Shown piece by piece: positions 59,401-60,655 of a DNA stretch of 60,655 bases (its first letter is position 1; every line of letters begins with the position of its first letter). The stretch covers positions 1 through 60,655 of the forward strand of contig CAYXZP010000002.1 of assembly GCA_964469485.1 (NCBI GenBank), written 5' to 3'. The notes under the pieces were generated by a model. The model did no database searches. It worked only from the letters and a program-made list of their open reading frames with translations, and was not told the DNA's origin. The position numbers and the translations under genes are program-made. The DNA is from an uncultured Myxococcales bacterium. Lineage in GTDB: Bacteria > Desulfobacterota > Binatia > UBA1149 > CAYXZP01.

Positions 59401-60655
59401 GTGTAAAGGCCGTATAGCTGCTGCCGTCGGCATCGGTGTAGGGCGTGGCCGGGAAGAGCTTGCCCGGCCCCGGGCCGAGGGCCGAGACCGGTATTTCGAG
59501 CCACCGGTTGAGCATGGTCCCGTAAAAGTCCCGGAAATCGTAGGTCATGCGCAGGTCGTCCTCGTTCTCGCTGCCCGGGTCAGCCAACTGTGGATATAGC
59601 CCGTGCTGGCCCCCGGCCACGGCCGCGCCGATGGCGAACTGACAGGAGCTGGTGCCGTGGTCGGTGCCGGCCGCACCCGCGTTGTAGGAGTTCTGCCGTA
59701 TCGTGCGCCCGAACTCCGAGATCGTGACCACCAACACACGGTCCGACAGATCGCCAGTTTGATAGCCCGTGTAGCCGCCGGGGAGCGCGGCCTCCTGTTT
59801 CATTTCCTGGTAGAAGGCCGCCACCGACGCGCCCACCTCGTAGAGCAGGTTGGAATGGAACAGGCCCTGCTCCTGGCTCGAGTGGGTGTCGAAGCCGCCG
59901 ACGGCGACGTGGAAGAAGCGCGCGCCGACGTCGGCGCGTATCGTGGCCGCCACATGCCGCAAGTCACGGGCCAGTTCGAGACCGGTAAGATAGCCGTCGT
60001 CCGACTCGTTCAGCGGCGATGGGGAGGCCAGGTCGTTTCGGCGCCGGTAACGGCCTTGGGAGTCGAGCAACAGTGCTTCGACCTTGCCGGCCTGAACCAG
60101 CCCGCTTCCGGGCACGTAGTAGAGCTGTGACGCATCGAGCGTGGCTACCCCGGTGTTGCCTATCTTGGCCAGCTCCGGCCACGCCGCAGGGTCGGCGGCA
60201 CCGCTTTGCTGGTACATCTGCCGGATGAGGGCCTGCTTGGCGGCTTTGCTGCCCTCGGCGGGGAATTGGATCTGGGCCAGGTGTTTGAAGGCGAAAAGGC
60301 TCGTCCCGGTCGGCGTGAACAGCGGGTTGAGCTGGTTGCCCATTATCACCGCCGGTACATCGGTGGCCCCGTAGCCGGCCTGGTCCAGATAGCGGCCGAA
60401 CCATCCGTTGCCGGTGTCGCCGAGCGGGTCGGCCGTGTACCAGATGTCCTCGCTGCGGAAGTGAGAATGGTCGGCGAAGGGGTAGTGGACCCCGTTTATA
60501 ATGGCGAGATCGCCGTCGAGCCAGGTCTGGTGCAAGCGCCAGAGCGCGGGGTGCAGGGCGTAGTCCTGGCCGTCCTCGTTCTGGCCGACCGAGAGGATGT
60601 CGCTTACCGGCGCGCCGCTGGTCTGCCAGGGCGAAAGCCCCGCGGTCGTTGCCGG
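59378..60655 (-). CDS. DUF1501-family (sulfatase-fold) protein, N-terminus beyond the window edge
   Basis: 'HYPFADHSHFRSEDIW' and 'VVTISEFGRTIRQN...GTDHGT' are DUF1501 hallmarks. The frame stays open upstream of the listed ATG 60535 to nt 60655. Confidence 0.8.
   Translation of the reverse strand, partial: PATTAGLSPWQTSGAPVSDILSVGQNEDGQDYALHPALWRLHQTWLDGDLAIINGVHYPFADHSHFRSEDIWYTADPLGDTGNGWFGRYLDQAGYGATDVPAVIMGNQLNPLFTPTGTSLFAFKHLAQIQFPAEGSKAAKQALIRQMYQQSGAADPAAWPELAKIGNTGVATLDASQLYYVPGSGLVQAGKVEALLLDSQGRYRRRNDLASPSPLNESDDGYLTGLELARDLRHVAATIRADVGARFFHVAVGGFDTHSSQEQGLFHSNLLYEVGASVAAFYQEMKQEAALPGGYTGYQTGDLSDRVLVVTISEFGRTIRQNSYNAGAAGTDHGTSSCQFAIGAAVAGGQHGLYPQLADPGSENEDDLRMTYDFRDFYGTMLNRWLEIPVSALGPGPGKLFPATPYTDADGSSYTAFTPIDYLPG

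Noticed and set aside
1-60655. Mobile elements, prophage, CRISPR-Cas, toxin-antitoxin or known defence systems.
   Set aside because: I recognised no transposase, integrase, Cas, phage structural, restriction-modification or TA-like genes in any frame. The SPFH pair is a standard hflKC.

Overview
High-GC (roughly two-thirds G+C by eye), very gene-dense bacterial chromosomal segment with about 45 CDS and one tRNA. I saw no rRNA, CRISPR array, transposase, integrase or phage genes. Gene content suggests a Myxococcota/'deltaproteobacterial'-like or similar environmental lineage (Myxococcus-type Cys-rich repeats, a PSCyt1-like domain, DUF1501, MMPL+LolA-like pairs, many acyl-CoA enzymes). That is only an inference.

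The dominant and most unusual content is a set of six secreted, cysteine-rich, module-shuffled proteins: 4010-9037(-), 9354-11201(+), 20649-22538(+), 22947-27059(+), 29832-31937(+) and 39377-43411(+). Together they cover about 19 kb. Three of them share a large Cys-dense module of about 420-490 aa that I cannot assign to any family I know. Two end in Cys-bracketed dockerin-like repeat pairs. Two carry a cohesin-like sandwich. One ends in a CxxCH PSCyt1-like domain, and one ends in a pectin-lyase-like beta-helix.

These genes are interleaved with two translationally coupled AraC regulators next to tRNA-Ser(CGA)/tadA, two MMPL-type RND exporters (one paired with a LolA-like protein), a sulfotransferase-led acyl-CoA operon, a GH84 O-GlcNAcase-like plus ICMT-like pair, and a Thr-variant sulfatase-fold enzyme. 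The right third holds hflKC, a TonB receptor + two orphan binding proteins + histidine kinase module, and ordinary lipid/acyl-CoA metabolism genes.

All calls come from reading the supplied translations and the DNA. No database search was possible, so family names are motif-level recognitions and the novelty claims need HMM/structure searches.
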